A DNA stretch of 64,000 nt from Eledone cirrhosa (GCA_964016885.1 OZ024740.1:176390001-176454000); one strand, 5' to 3'. Shown: positions 28,528-44,708, counted from the stretch's first letter. Notes: generated from the sequence alone by a model not told the origin. Program-made: numbers and translations.

Positions 28528-29091
28528 ATGTATCATTGATACACTTACTCAAAATGACCTCCCACTACCTAATTTTCTATATATATATATGTATCTATCT
28601 CTATTTCCTCTCTCTCTATATATATATATATCTTTCTGTCTCTTTACATGAAGCTCTTCGCTTTATCTATTTTTCCATCTCTCTATTTTGTTCCATGCAT
28701 TTCTTCTTTTTCTTTTTTCTTCTTTTTCTTTTTCTTCCTTCTCTTCGTTCTGTCTTTCTTTCTTTCTTTTTTCCCTCTTTTCTTTCTCTCTTTCTTTCTC
28801 TCTGTATTTTCACTGCTAGCGTAAACCTCTCCAAATGAAGTTGATGTTTATTACGGTATGTCGAATATATTTATCTATAAAACTGTTTATATTGTATTTT
28901 GTCTGATGAAGGCATAGCATATTGTTAATATGATATCCCCGAAATATATATAATGAAATAAATATGGTTTTATAAATATAGTTTTCCATTTATTTAATAT
29001 TGTAAATATACTCCAAATATTTGTCGAGTGCTTTTATATCAGTTATAAATATTTACTAGTTGTAACCCAACAATTTTAAATATAACTTTAC
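28310..29091 (+). mobile_element. Inverted 5' pseudo-LTR with HHR 28895-28960
   Basis: 28310-29004 is the reverse complement of 25053-25756; HHR tattttgt-CTGATGA-...-GAAA-TATATA-TA-atgaaata. Confidence 0.88.
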
Positions 29092-29119
29092 ATATATATA
29101 TATATATATGTATATATAC

Positions 29120-29177
<58 letters not shown>

Positions 29178-29281
29178 GTATATATATGTATATATATATA
29201 TATATACGTATATATATGTATCTATATATACGTATATATATGTATATATATATATACGTATATATATGTATATATATATAC

Positions 29282-29347
<66 letters not shown>

Positions 29348-29467
29348 GTATATATATATATGTATATATATATATACGTATATATATATATGTATATATA
29401 TATATACGTATATATATATGTATATATATATATACGTATATATATGTATATATATATATATACGTAT

Positions 29468-29529
<62 letters not shown>

Positions 29530-29609
29530 GTATATATATATACGTATATATATGTATATATATATATATACGTATATATATGTATATATATATATATATA
29601 TACGTATAT

Positions 29610-29661
<52 letters not shown>

Positions 29662-29772
29662 GTATATATATATATATGTATATATATGTATATATATATA
29701 TATGTATATATATACGTATATATATGTATATATATATATAGTATATATATGTCTATATATATATATATATGC

Positions 29773-29853
<81 letters not shown>

Positions 29854-29956
29854 TATATATACGTATATATATATATATATACATATATATACGTATATAT
29901 ATACATATACATATATATATATATACATGTATATACATATATATATATATATATAT
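29092..29956. repeat. Variant (TA)n array
   Basis: Direct reading. Confidence 0.97.
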
Positions 29957-30589
29957 GAGGGTGTTAAAGTTTGCTTGAAGCATTGTGAAATGTGTAAAAT
30001 ACGTAGTTAAGAAAGCCACAACAATGCAGAGGGAAATCTCGAGGTAGGAAGTGAATGATAGATAGGAGAAACAGGTGAAAGTGAAAATTGAGAGAGACAA
30101 AGATGAAAACAAATCAAAGGTAGAAGGGTTACCGTAGTGGAGATTTAATCCCAATATTTCGGGCTCACGCCCATCAACGGGGGAAAGTTCCAAAAGGGGG
30201 GGAACAGGCCAAGCGGAGAAAGATGTGATGTCGTTAAGACAGGAATGTCGTTATGGGGCTTTTGCCACAGCCTATCACGCGCACGCGCATACTTTCCCTC
30301 GTTTAAAATTTTAAATAATTTTCTCCCCATAACGGCATTCCTGTCTTAACGACATCACATCTTTCTCCGCTTGGCCTGTTCCCCCCCCCCCTTTTAGAAT
30401 TTCCCCCGTTGATGGGCGTGAGCCCGAAATATTGGGATTAAATCTCCACTACGGTAACCCTTCTACCTTTGTTTTGTTTTCATCTTTGTCTCTCTCAATT
30501 TTCACTTTCACCTGTTTCTCCTATCTATCATTCACTTCCTACCTCGAGATTTTCCTCTGCATTGTTGTGGCTTTCTTAACTACGTATTT

Positions 30590-30590
<1 letters not shown>
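29957..30590. repeat. Foldback element: ~263-bp inverted arms, 66-nt spacer
   Basis: 29996-30258 is a near-exact reverse complement of 30325-30590; TA flanks. Confidence 0.9.
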
Positions 30591-30622
<32 letters not shown>

Positions 30623-30628
30623 ATATAC

Positions 30629-30688
<60 letters not shown>

Positions 30689-30689
30689 G

Positions 30690-32530
30690 TATAAGTTTAT
30701 CCAGTTTGATATCGACGAATATTACTCATCGATATCACCTGAAACTTTGAATAGAGCCATTAAGTTTGCTAAGGATAACTCTGACCTTACAAACGATGAA
30801 ATTAAGATTATATTAGAAGCTAGGAAAACTATAGTCAAGTTTGAGAACAGTTATTGGGTACGTAAAGATAGACCCTCTCACTTTGACATAACAATGGGCT
30901 CTAACGATTCGGCGGAAATAACTGATATTGTGGGGTTATTTATCGCCTTTAGACTCCAGGAAAAATTCAGCAATCTCCACGGCGGAATATACCGCGACGA
31001 TGTTCTCCTCCTAGTTAAAAACCTAAATAACCAAAAACTAGAAAAACTACGCAAAGATATAAGAAAACTACTACTCGAAATAGGACTAACTATAACCTAT
31101 GAATACAACCTTAAAGTAGTTAACTTCCTGGATGTCACACTCAATTTAAACTCTGGTCTGATTAAACCGTTTCATAAATTGAATGAAAATCTCAAGTACG
31201 TAAATGTTGGGTCTAACCACCCCATCTCTATAATTAAATCTATCCCTAAAAATATTTCCCTTAGAATCTCGGGTCTATCTTCTAACATACAAGTATTTAA
31301 GGAACACGCCGAGTACTACGATAACGCCCTTAGTAAAGCAGGCTACCTCAACAAAATAGAGTATATAGATGAGAACAATCAAAACACCCAAAATAAATCC
31401 CACATAGGTAGATATAATAACACAACACCAAACCACACTTACTACCATAGTATACACACCAGTAAACCAACAAACAAAACTAATAGAAAGCGATGCAAAG
31501 AGTACTTATGGTATAACCCTGAATACAATAGTTCCATTAGTACACATTTACCAGTACTCTTCTTTAAAATAATTAAGAGACATTTTCCTACATCACACAA
31601 ATACCACAAAATCCTAAACCCTACCACTATAAGACTGTCATACTCTACAGCGTTAAACCTTGAACAACACATAAAAAAGATCAATACTAGAAGGTTAAAC
31701 GAAAACACTAAAAACTTAAGTACAAAGAACACAAAAAAACAGTAGACAATACACTACAGAACATAAATAAACCACACCTAAGTTCGTCCGCAATACTACT
31801 CCAGAGAAAACCCAACGTACACAACTGTAACTGCACCTATCCTGACAACTGCCCCCTCGGCAATAACTGCCTGGAAAAAAATATTATTTATAAGTGTACC
31901 ATTAAATCCGGAGGCAACGAGTGGTATTACGTGGGATCAACGGCAACATCGTTTAAATCTCGATTATATAGGCATTCTTACTCAATAAAACACCAGAGCC
32001 AAAGAAATGTAACAACTTTAGCAGAAAAAGCTTGGACGCTCAGGGATAGCGATCAAAAGTTTACCCTAAAATGGGAGAAATTAGCTAAAACCCAAAGCTT
32101 TTCCAGGAGCCAAAATTTCTGCAAATTGTGTAATCTTGAGATCTATTACATAATCACACACAAGATGAAATTGTTGAATAACAGAATTGAACGAACATTA
32201 TTCTGCCGTCACCGAACTAAAACCCTTTTTTCCCACTACAAGCTGAATATTACATAAAAGAGGGACATCCCCCAACTATATAAACCTCAATCTAGTTAGA
32301 AAAATATAAAAATAATCTCTTCTCAACATATATATGTATATTAATAACCTTAAATTACCACACTAATAATGGAAAGATATGCTGATGAGAATAGGTGCAA
32401 ATATGCTATAATGAATGTGTCTAAAAGCGACCATAAGTATGTATATATATGGGAAAAATGTATATAAATAAGTAAATATATATATGTTTGATGTGTATAG
32501 TTAGATGTAAGTGCATTCATGTATTAAAGT

Positions 32531-32589
<59 letters not shown>

Positions 32590-33244
32590 GACTGGAGTAT
32601 GTGTGTATATATGTGTGTGTCTATACGTGTGTATATAAAGATAAGTTGAGTATGAAAATGTATACACATGAACGCGTATGAATGTACATGTATATATGTG
32701 TGCATGTGTATATGTATGTAAGTATGAGCATGTAAGTATGTGTATGTGAGTATATGTATTTTGTAGAGGTGTGCATATATGTTTGTGTGTGAATGCGTGG
32801 GCGAAAGGATACGTAAACTTGAAAGAAAAATTAAGTCTGAATGTTAATTAAGTGCAAACACAAAACCAACCACGCATATCTATACTATCTCTAATCCTTC
32901 TATAGATTTAGAAAAATAACCAATAATATATTCTATAAAAATGTCAAAACAACAGATGGGAATCTAATTACTCACTGCCACCAAAAATTCTCACTGCTCC
33001 AAAAAAACCTCTCCCTCAACTATTCTTCTAACAACTTCACCCCTCCCTCCTAATATTCTCTATAAAAACCAAACAGGTCCTCAGTAAACTTATTCCGATG
33101 AAATGACACTTGATAATAACATTGAAATATTGAATGTCTACATAACTAATACTTTGTAGATAGCAGCTGTTTTCAGGTTATGTAACTGATATAGAAACAC
33201 GTGTCAATAAATTCCTTTTAACTAAACTGTATCCATTAAAATCC

Positions 33245-33247
<3 letters not shown>
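30690..33247 (+). mobile_element. Naiad-type PLE, 5'-truncated, frameshift/stops near 31740-31790
   Basis: KFIQFDI, FDITMGSNDSAEITDIVG, GGIYRDD, WYNPEY, CNC..CPL, YVGSTATSFKSRLYRH, CKLCNLE; stop 32257. Confidence 0.92.
33090..33210 (+). ncRNA. Hammerhead candidate, C4 variant, ~90-nt stem II domain
   Basis: ttatt-CCGATGA-...-GAAA-CACGTG-TC-aataa at the element 3' end; base of stem II pairs weakly. Confidence 0.55.
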
Positions 33248-33294
<47 letters not shown>

Positions 33295-33383
33295 GTATAT
33301 ATATATATATATACGTATATATATGTATAAATATATATGTATATATGTACGTATATATATGTATATATATATGTATATATATG

Positions 33384-33419
<36 letters not shown>

Positions 33420-33420
33420 C

Positions 33421-33552
<132 letters not shown>

Positions 33553-34097
33553 GTATATATATATATATACGTATACCTGTGCGAAATTCCTTCCTTGCTC
33601 ACATTTCAACCAGGTTTGATGGTCTTTATTCTCTCGTTCACGATTTCACCGAATTTATATTCATAGAAATCTGGGACTTATTTCCTTCTTCATTACTTTC
33701 TGCTGCTTAAACCATTTTGTTCGTTTACCCTAGCGTCCCGCTTATTTACGTGTCCCAACGACTTTTTTTTAGCCGTTGCTCGCACCGACCTGAGGTATAT
33801 GGCCTCTAATGCGACGAAATGCCTACGACGGTTGGATGGCCACTGATGAGGACAAACGTTTTCATATGTAACCCATTTGCAGCGCCGCAGCTCCATTATT
33901 ATCATATTTACACATATATTTATCCTCTGCTGCCACCAGTCTGTTTCGTTCTTTGTGTCTTTACCCTTTCTAGCAGTCTCTCTCTCTCTGTTAGCCTCTT
34001 CCTCACCTTTCATTCACTCACTCTCTGTCACTACTTCTCCTCCTCCCCTTTCTTCCCGTTTGACCTGTCCGTATTCCTTTTCTCGCGAGCACTTTTC

Positions 34098-36540
34098 TCG
34101 CTGTTTTTGGTCTGGACTATGTATTGTTCTCGACAACCTGAACAAGTTAATACATATATTAGATTTTCCGATGCACATGTGAAATTGTGTTTTACTATAA
34201 AACGTTGTCCATCTTTGAAATAGAATTCCGAACCCTCTATTAGGTTGATGCAAATGCCACAGTTGGGTCTATCGCATTTGTTTTACTGTGGGTTTCGTTG
34301 TTGTGGTTGGCAGTACTTTGGCATGTGTTAAGATGTTTTTCATTGACTTGGATTGTCTTTTGCTCTTTATGATGTCGTGTGTTCGTAGAATTTGGTTCAT
34401 TCTATAGTCCTTTTTCAATACAGGGATGTTCTGGAGGATGGTGTCAAAGGCCTCATTGTTGAGGGGGTTGTGTGTGGAGATGTATGGAAGAGCTTTTAGT
34501 TTTGGTTGATTTACTTTAGGGTGTCTAAGGTCCTGGGTACTGAGTTTTAGGGCACGTTGGATTCCATTGTCAATTAGTGATGCAGGGTAGTCCCTGCCTA
34601 TGAGTGTGTCCTTTAGTTCTTGTAGCCGTAAGTAGCAGATGTTTTTATTGCAGACTATAGTACAGATTCTCTTGGCTAAGTTGTAGGGAATATTAATTTT
34701 AACGTGTCTAGGGTGGCAAGAGTTGAAGGGGAGATATTGCTTGGAGTCTGTGGGCTTGTAGTATATGTTTGTTTCTATTTTTTTGTTATGGATCTTAATG
34801 AGGATGTCGAGGAAGGGGAGTTGTTGATGGCTGTATTCCATCGTGAAGTTAATATTTGTGTTGAGCCCATTTATAAGGGTGTGAAATTCTTTAAGTGTTT
34901 CGATGTTTTCGTGCCAAAGGATGAAGCAGTCATCTAGATATCGCTTCCAGTTCCTTTCAATGTGTAAGTGGAGGGTGTTTCCAAATTTGTTTAGTACTTT
35001 AGTGTAGAGGGTGATTTCCAGGTATCCCATGACTAGGTTGGCATAAGTGGGGGCTGTTTTCGTTCCCATAGCGGTCCCAGATTTCTTCCTGTAGGGTTTG
35101 TTATTGAAAACGAAGTAATTGTTCTCCAAGATAAATTTGAGTCCCTCTATCACGAATTCTTTTTTGATGCGTTGTGGGAGTTCATTGTGGTAATTATCCA
35201 GCCAGAATTGGATAGCTTCTATTCCTAGGTTGTGGGGGATGTTGGAGTATAGGTTGACTACATCGAACGTCACTAGTAGGGTTTGTTCAGAAAGTGGCAT
35301 ATTAGGGAGGTGATTGAGCATATCTAGGTCGTCCCTTATATAGCTTTTGATGTGCTTGAGGAAGGGTTTGAGAATGGTATCAATGAAGTTGCTAAGACGG
35401 TGCGTTTCGCAAGCGGGGCCTGCTATTATAGGTCTTAATATGAGATCATTGGGTGAGGGGACATTGATGACTATGTCTGTGGCTTCCTTGCATGCCTTAC
35501 TTATTGATTCGCTTTTATGTACTTTAGGGATACCGTAGAAAAGGCTGGATTTACTTGTGAAGTCTGTGATGAAGCTGAATTCCTTGTTAGTGAGTCCTTC
35601 TTTGTATTGGTTGATCAGAGTTTTTAGGTTTCTCATAATTTTCTGTTGGTTGTAGTGTTCAGCCTTTTCGTAGTATGTTTCGTTTTCCAAAGTGGAGAGC
35701 GCTAAGTTGATATAGAATTCTGTCTCCATTAGGACTACTGTACTCCCTTTATCAGCCTCTTTAATTGTAATGGTTCTGTCGGTTTTTAATCTATTTAATT
35801 CTTCCCATTCTTTCTTGTTGAGGTTTGGCTTGTGTTTTTGTCTGTGCAAGTGTTGGTAAGGGAAGTTTGTGATGTGTTCACAGAATTCGTCCAGGATTTT
35901 ATTTCTACCTTTTGAAGGGGTGTAATTGCTTCTATTTCTGGCTAATGATTCATCCTCATTGTACTGGTCGAATAGTTGTTCACTAAGTCGTAACTTTCTA
36001 CAGAAGTCTGTGATGTCTTCCTTCATTTCATAGTAGTTAGGACGTAGTGGGGTCGGTGTGAATTTAAGACCTTTGGAGAGTAAGTTGATAAGGTTGGGTG
36101 TTGGTTCTGCACTAGTAAGATTGATAATTTTTATTACTATCGGTTTCTCCTCCCATCTTGTGTTATTTTGTTTGCCTGTATCTGTGTGCTGTGTCTAAAA
36201 AATGGTTGGGGTAGACGGGTTGTCTGCTGATGTTAAGTGGTCTCCTGTGTTTGTTATATTACTTGTTGTTGTAAAATGTGGTTCGGGTTGGTGGTTGTAG
36301 ATTGAATGGGGTGTTCCTGTACTGCGAGTATGGGTGTGTGTTTCTATGTGCCATGTTGTATTGTGGTGTTATAAGTGGCCTACGTTGTTGGTTGTATCGT
36401 CTGGTGTGGGTTTGTTGTGTATTGTGGAAGCGAGAGTTGAGAAAATGGTAATTACCCTTGCTGTCCCCTTGAATCGGGGAAGTTGTTACATCTATCATGG
36501 CGGTGGTATCTTTTCCCTATGTTTGACGATGAGGCATCCG
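34098..36540 (-). mobile_element. Neptune-type PLE, GIY-YIG end truncated
   Basis: LSKGLKFTPTP; ORF 34269-36026 (FYGIPKVHK, RPII, GTAMGTKTAPTYANL, WKRYLDDCF, YKPTD); frameshifted continuation CDRPNCGIC...LIYVLTCSGCREQYI. Upstream boundary approximate. Confidence 0.88.
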
Positions 36541-36869
36541 CGTAGTAGTTGAGTGATTTGGTATGGTGTCTCCCTAAGACGAACCCACAACAAACACACG
36601 TCAATATATATACCTATATCAGCACACATCTCTACCCACATATAAACACAATGACATACGTAAACACACATGCTCTATGGTGCAACACAAGAAAATATAT
36701 GTGCACATATATATATGTATATATATGTATATATGTATATGTATATATAATATATATAGTGAATGTATGTATGTGTATATATATATAGTGAATATCATTT
36801 CACACCTTTTATTGTTAAGATTTTTGATGTTCTATTAAGAGAACCGATTTTACTGAAAAAATCGAATAA

Positions 36870-36887
36870 TGTACACCATTTTACCAG

Positions 36888-36918
<31 letters not shown>

Positions 36919-37160
36919 GTCCACCCCCCCCCCCCCCCCCCCACACACACATACACATACACACGCGTACATCAACATACAAAGAGACTTATATATATAC
37001 ACACACACGCACTTCTCCGTATAAGACAAAAGCTGAAAAATATCTTTTGACATGCTAAAATACCCCCATTGCTTTCAGACACATTCTTACTGACCATCCC
37101 TGCCACCACGAATTACTCTGCTATACACACACACACACACTTATCTTAATAGCCATTTTA
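36870..37160 (+). repeat. Dispersed repeat, diverged copy of ~49563-49900
   Basis: Shared blocks cattttaccagg..aaaatactggtcca, cttctccgtataagacaa, gaattactctgctatacac. Confidence 0.8.
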
Positions 37161-37189
37161 CACACATGGCTGCTAACCATTATCACAAT

Positions 37190-38338
37190 TATTATTCATC
37201 CTTAATTATTCATCCTTAATTTATTATTTTTTTCTCCCCATCATCTAACTCATTCTTAATACATATTAACTCTTTCTTCGCACATATTATCAATTCCTTC
37301 AATATACAAACCTTAACTTCACATTATTTTTCTCAAATCCTTCAATACACAAACCTTAATAATTTTTTAATACATATTAACTCTTTCTTCGCACATATTA
37401 TCAATTCCTTCAATATACAAACCTTAACTTCACATTATTTTTCTCAAATCCTTCAATACACAAACCTTAATAATTTTTTAATACATATTAACTCTTTTCT
37501 TCGCACATATTATCAATTCCTTCAATATACAAACCTTAACTTCACATTATTTTTCTCAAATCCTTCAATACACAAACCTTAATAATTTTTTCTCTTCGTT
37601 AATTTTGAAATTGCCATAATACTTTTAAACATACACCCTTTTTTTTGACGTTAGAATATTCATCCGCAATTATTATTTTTTCTCTCTATCATCAAACTTT
37701 TTAATCTCAATACATATTAACTCCTTCTCCTTCCTCGTACATATTTTTCCCTTCGTTAATTTTCAAATTCTTTTAATTTATACATTATCTTCCAACGGTT
37801 TTCAACCTCTCTATGTAAAACAATATATCTTTTCTCAGTTATAAAAACTATCTCTTTCTCTCTATCACCCATCTCTCCCTCTCCACCTTCACTCTCATCT
37901 CCTCCCTTTTTTCATCCTTTCCACCCCCCCTCTCTAAATAAAATATTTTTCCTCGTACATATTTTTCCCTTCGTTAATTTTCAATTTCTTTTAATTTATA
38001 CATTATCTTCCAACGGTTTTCAACCTCTCCATGTAAAACAATATATCTTTTCTCAGTTATAAAAACTATCTCTTTCTCTCTATCACCCATCTCTCCCTCT
38101 CCACCTTCACTCTCATCTCCTCCCCTTTTTTCATCCTTTCCACGCCCCCCCCCTCTCTAAATAAAATATTTTTCCCAATATCACACATCAATCTAAAATT
38201 AATTTTCATATGTTGATTTAAAACTGCACTATCCACAAGTGTTTTTTAGCCTTCATATCATGTCCTCCTGTTTTATCTGATGAAAACCCAAATATTATTG
38301 CATGATGATGTTTGTTTTTGAAATGCGCATATTGATCT
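37190..38338 (+). mobile_element. Solo 3' UTR/pLTR of the 20.8-kb Naiad family with internal tandem duplications
   Basis: Homologous to the reverse complement of ~20810-21470; 3x ~111 bp (37260-37590), 2x ~218 bp (37731-38175); HHR motif 38271-38336. Confidence 0.85.
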
Positions 38339-39572
<1,234 letters not shown>

Positions 39573-42500
39573 AAGGCAGGGAGGGCAGGCCGGGAAACCA
39601 ACAAGCTAAGGGCAAAGGTGAAAAGCGAAATCACCTTCCGAAGGAGAACCAAGCGCAGAGGGACCAGTGGACAACTGTTCAAAGAAAGAACAGAAAGCAC
39701 CGAGACACTGGGAGCAAAAAACCCCAAGTAATGTGCAAGTTTTTCAAGAACGGGACATGCTGGCATGGAGAGACAGGGATGGGATGCAGATTCGCCCACC
39801 CTAGGTCTCAAACGAACTATGCCCATCATACTCGCGCAACATGCCCCAGCCAAAGCCGAAATAAGCCGCTCCAGAAGTATGCTGATGTTGTGCGTGCTGC
39901 ACCAACAAGGAGAAGGCACGCACATGCCGACGAGATACAGATGGCAGCAGCAGATCAGAAACATTTTTTGGTGATGGCAGAGAAGATTGTGGGACAGCTG
40001 ACCTGGCTGCATCGTCTCCAGAGCCAGGGTCATCCACACCAGCACTCGAGACCACCGCAGTTAAGGGACCCAGAGTGGCCGCCGCTGACACCAGACCAGG
40101 TGTCATACCGACAGCCATTACTGGCACCCCAAAAGTCACACCAGTGCTGCTGCTGAATGTCAGGGGCCTGGTGAAACTCAGCAACATGAGTAAAATTTCC
40201 TACCTGGGAGACTTAGCCATAAGCAATCAAGCACTATGCATGGCACTAACCGAAACGCACCCGACAAGCAGTATAGCAGATGCAGAAATACATATACCGA
40301 AATATACTGTATTTCGTTCGGACAGGAAGGAGAGAACTCATGGTGGGGTTGCTCTGTATATCCGTGAAGATGTCACACCAATTGTACTGTTGACACATTC
40401 AAACTCAGTCTGTGACACACTGATAATACATATGAAGCAACTACAGACGGTAATATGTGTCACATATCGGCCGCCCGATGCCCCCAGTCATGAGGGTAAA
40501 TTTGAGCATAGCCTAAGTAGGATAGAAGAGGTCCTTGACAAACTGGACCAGGGTCTCAACATCCTACTGCTGGGAGACTTCAACCTACCAAAGGTCAAAT
40601 GGCCTGAGGGCCACCTCCTCCCTGGAATGACGTCAACAGAACAGAGACAGACGGAATCCCTGCTGGCCCTCACACACAGGCTGTTCATGGAGCAAGCAAT
40701 ACTGCTCCCAACAAGAGGCGAAAATGTCCTGGACCTTGTTTTACAAACAACGAAGTGCTCATCCACAATGTAAAGGTGACACCAACAATTCTCTCGGATC
40801 ATAACTTAGTAGAGCTAATGATATGTGCTCCAAGAGAACCAACAGAGACAAAACCATCAAGAAGCTCCGGGACGCTATCCAACCTTAACTTCTACAAGGC
40901 TAACTGGAAAAAGATTAAGAGTGAAATCCGGAAGCAAACATGGAGTGAAAACACTGCCACACAAGACACTAACACACAATTTCAACACTTCATGACAACG
41001 ATACACACCATATGCAAAAAGTGTGTCCCGGAGAAAGAGGCAAACAGACACAAAAATCTTATTCCCAGGTTTGGAAAATCCTTATGAGACGTAGAACTAA
41101 ACTCTCAAACCAGTTGAATAGTCAACAAAACAAAAACAAGAAGGAATCCCATTTGAAACGTGCACTACTTGACACCGAGATTGCACTCAAACTTTCACAT
41201 GAGAATTAGAGGGCAAAGAAAGAGAACAGGGCCATAGAAAACATTAAAACAAACCCTAAGGCCTTCTTTAAATTTGCAAAAGAAACTGCCTCAGTACACT
41301 GCAAGATTGGACCACTCTTCCACACGGACAGTTCATTAACCGAAAATCCCCAAGAGATATGTGAAATACTGAACGAACAGTACAAAAGTGTCTTCACATG
41401 TCCACTGAGGCACATGCAAATAACGAAGCCAGAGGAGTTCTTTGATGCCACAACACTACATCAAGAAATGGCAACCATCAACCACATAGACATAACGGAG
41501 GAGGATGTAGTGTACGCCATTGGTGAAATTATAACAGACTCGGCTGCTGGACCTGATGGATTCCCAGCAGTTCTCCTAAAAATATGTAAGCGGGCCTTAG
41601 CAACTCCACTGAAGATGCTCTTCAGAAGCTCCTTGGCTAGCGGTGTACTACCCAGGGAGCTGAAAGAATGCACAATATGCCCTATCCATAAAGGAGGTAG
41701 TAGAGCGGAGGCCAAGAACTATAGGCCAGTCTCCCTGACGTCGCATATCAGTAAGGTCATGGAGCGAGTCGTCAGAAAAAAACTAATCACTTTCCTCGAA
41801 GAATATGACCGCCTGACTAGCACGCAACATGGCTTCCGCCCAGGAAGAAGCTGCCTTACACAGCTGCTACATCACTACGACTGGGTACTGAGACAACTAC
41901 TAGACAGCTCACATGTGGACGTGATATATCTTGACTTTGCGAAGGCCTTTGACAAGGTCGACCATGGAATAATATGTCACAAACTACACGGACTCGGCAT
42001 AACTGGAAAAGTAGGTGAGTGGCTGCATGGCTTCCTAAGGGACAGAAGCCAGGCAGTCGCAGCAAATGGGGCCCTCTCGAGGGAAACACCAATAACAAGT
42101 GGGGTGCTCCAGGGGACAGTCCTGGGACCACTACTGTTTTTGGTGGCCCTCTCGGACATGCCCTCTGTGGTGCATGCAACAACATCCCTCCCTAGCTATG
42201 CTGATGACACTAAGGTAGCACAGGCAATCAAAAACCCGGCTGACGCTGCCCTTTTACAGCAGGATCTGGATGCCATATACAGATGGGCGGAAGAAAACAA
42301 CATGCAGTTTAATGCTGGCAAATTCCAAGCCTTACAATACAAACCTGCAAACACAAATATAGTGGAACACAGCTACACAGGACCAGGAGGGACCGATATC
42401 CCCGTGTCAAAATCGATACGAGACCTGGGCATAGACATGAGCGATGATGCATCTTTTTCTTCACACATCATGAAGGTGGCGACAATATGTAGACGATTCG

Positions 42501-43181
42501 CTGGCTGGATCTTGAGGACTTTCCTTACAAGAGATCGAGACACCATGTTGACACTGTGGAGGACTTTTGTCCTAAGCCGCCTGGACTACTGCTCCCAGCT
42601 GTGGTCACCCATAGTGTCAAACTAACCACGGAGCTTGAGTCAATCCAGCGAAGCTACACCAAGAGGATTGCCAAGATGAGAGAGACAAGCTACTGGGAGA
42701 GGCTGTAGGAACTGAACCTCTACTCCTTGGAGCGAAGACGGGAGAGATACGCAGTGATCTACATGTGGAAAATCCTGGAGGGACTAGCACCAAACTTTGG
42801 CATTGGGAGCTGGACCAACCGTCGAACAGGACGTCACTGTGTGGTGCCAAAGGTCCCGTCTTCCACATCTAGAATAAGGAGCAGGTATTGCAATAGCCTG
42901 GGATTCAAGGGCCCTCAACTCTTCAACAGGCTGCCGAGACATCTGAGAGACTTGCATGACGTGGAGGTGGATGTCTTTAAGAAACATCTCGACACCTTGT
43001 TATCCAGGATCCCGGATGAGCCCACAGCAAGACACGAGGGAAACCTAAGGGCAGCAGCAACAAACTCCCTCCTACACCAGTGGCCAACCTATACAGGCTG
43101 GAGATAAAATGTGTAGCAACAAGGGCGGTGCCACAGCATGGCCTCAGCCGGATGGCTGAAACAGGTAAAAGAGTAAAAGAG
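39573..43181 (+). mobile_element. CR1-group LINE, 5'-truncated in ORF1, ORF2 disrupted
   Basis: APE (LLNVRGL, LTETH, HGGVALYI, YRPP, LGDFN, LDLV, SDH), RT (NYRPVSLTS, QHGFR, DFAKAFDKVDH, YADD), [19 protein letters not shown]; (GTAAAAGA)n tail. Confidence 0.92.
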
Positions 43182-43262
43182 TATATATATACGTATATAT
43201 ATATGTATATATATATATATATATATACGTATATATATGTATATATATATATACGTATATAT

Positions 43263-43318
<56 letters not shown>

Positions 43319-43452
43319 TTATATATATATATATATATATACGTATATATATGTATATATATATATATATATACGTATATATATGTATATCTATATATAT
43401 ATATACGTATATATATATATATTTTTTGTATATATATATATATATATATCCG

Positions 43453-43571
<119 letters not shown>

Positions 43572-43572
43572 G

Positions 43573-43635
<63 letters not shown>

Positions 43636-43636
43636 G

Positions 43637-43674
<38 letters not shown>

Positions 43675-43681
43675 TATATAC

Positions 43682-43731
<50 letters not shown>

Positions 43732-43735
<4 letters not shown>

Positions 43736-44624
43736 TAATAAAATAATGAATAAACAAAGAAACACTTCCTTATACTAAAAAAATTCATCATTTTACGATC
43801 GTTTCTAGGATATATATGTGTTAGAGTTGGTATGCATATTCTATAGATCTATGTACAATATTTATACAAACTATCAGAGGGAATATACATAGCTACACAT
43901 ATATATGCTGTCTTAGAAATAATGATATTTGTTTATTGAAAAAAACAAAGATTCAATACAATAGGTCTGTTTGGGAACAGGTTTTGAATTGACCAATAGA
44001 GAGATAGTGAGGGTCAGGATAGTAATATAGTAGTAGAAGAACCTTACATTATGGGTAGAGGAAGGTAGATTTCAGTTTTGGATGGAAACGAATATTATGA
44101 ATGAAGGATTATTTTAGGGAAGAAATAGGTCTTATGCTGACCTCAGAAATAGTTTTATTTGTTCATTGAATAAAACCAACAAAGATCTAATATATTCTGT
44201 CTGTATGGTAAGAGGTTTAGAATTAACCAATAGAAAGTTAATAATTGGCCAAATGGTAAAATAGTAGTAATTGAAGCTTATTTTAGGGGTGAAACTAGGT
44301 CAGGTGGTCAGTAAAAGGTATACAAGCAGTTGCTGTTATAAAATAGTAATGCCAATACAAATATCTCAGGTGACTAAAGTTTTAAGGTAAGAATGTTAGT
44401 GTTAAATAATACATCTATGAAAAGAATATAAATTAATTTAATTGATGGGTATAATTTATATTGATAAAATTATACTAATACATATAGATATGCTAAATAA
44501 GAGTTAGATGCAGTTGAAAAGAGCTGTTAAAGATGAGGGGAAATTAAAAGAGTATAAGAATAATATATATATATATATATATACTTATATATATATATAT
44601 ACATACACATATATATATACACAT

Positions 44625-44655
<31 letters not shown>

Positions 44656-44708
44656 CACTTACATATACATATATATATACATATGTATACACATACACAC
44701 ACACACAT

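Noticed and set aside
30432-30690. N-terminus of the 437-aa ORF (likewise N-termini of ORFs 7174-8139, 45241-47097, 48293-49600)
   Set aside because: Chance read-through from adjacent elements or TA arrays into truncated RT frames.
33843-33870. CTGATGA at 33843 (also 32382, and minus-strand at ~45054 and ~45167)
   Set aside because: No properly placed GAAA, stem II or stem I partner found.
36190-36210. TTTTTTA slippery-like heptamer upstream of the Neptune RT ORF (minus strand)
   Set aside because: A -1 shift here does not enter the RT frame, which has a TAG at this point; unsupported without other copies.
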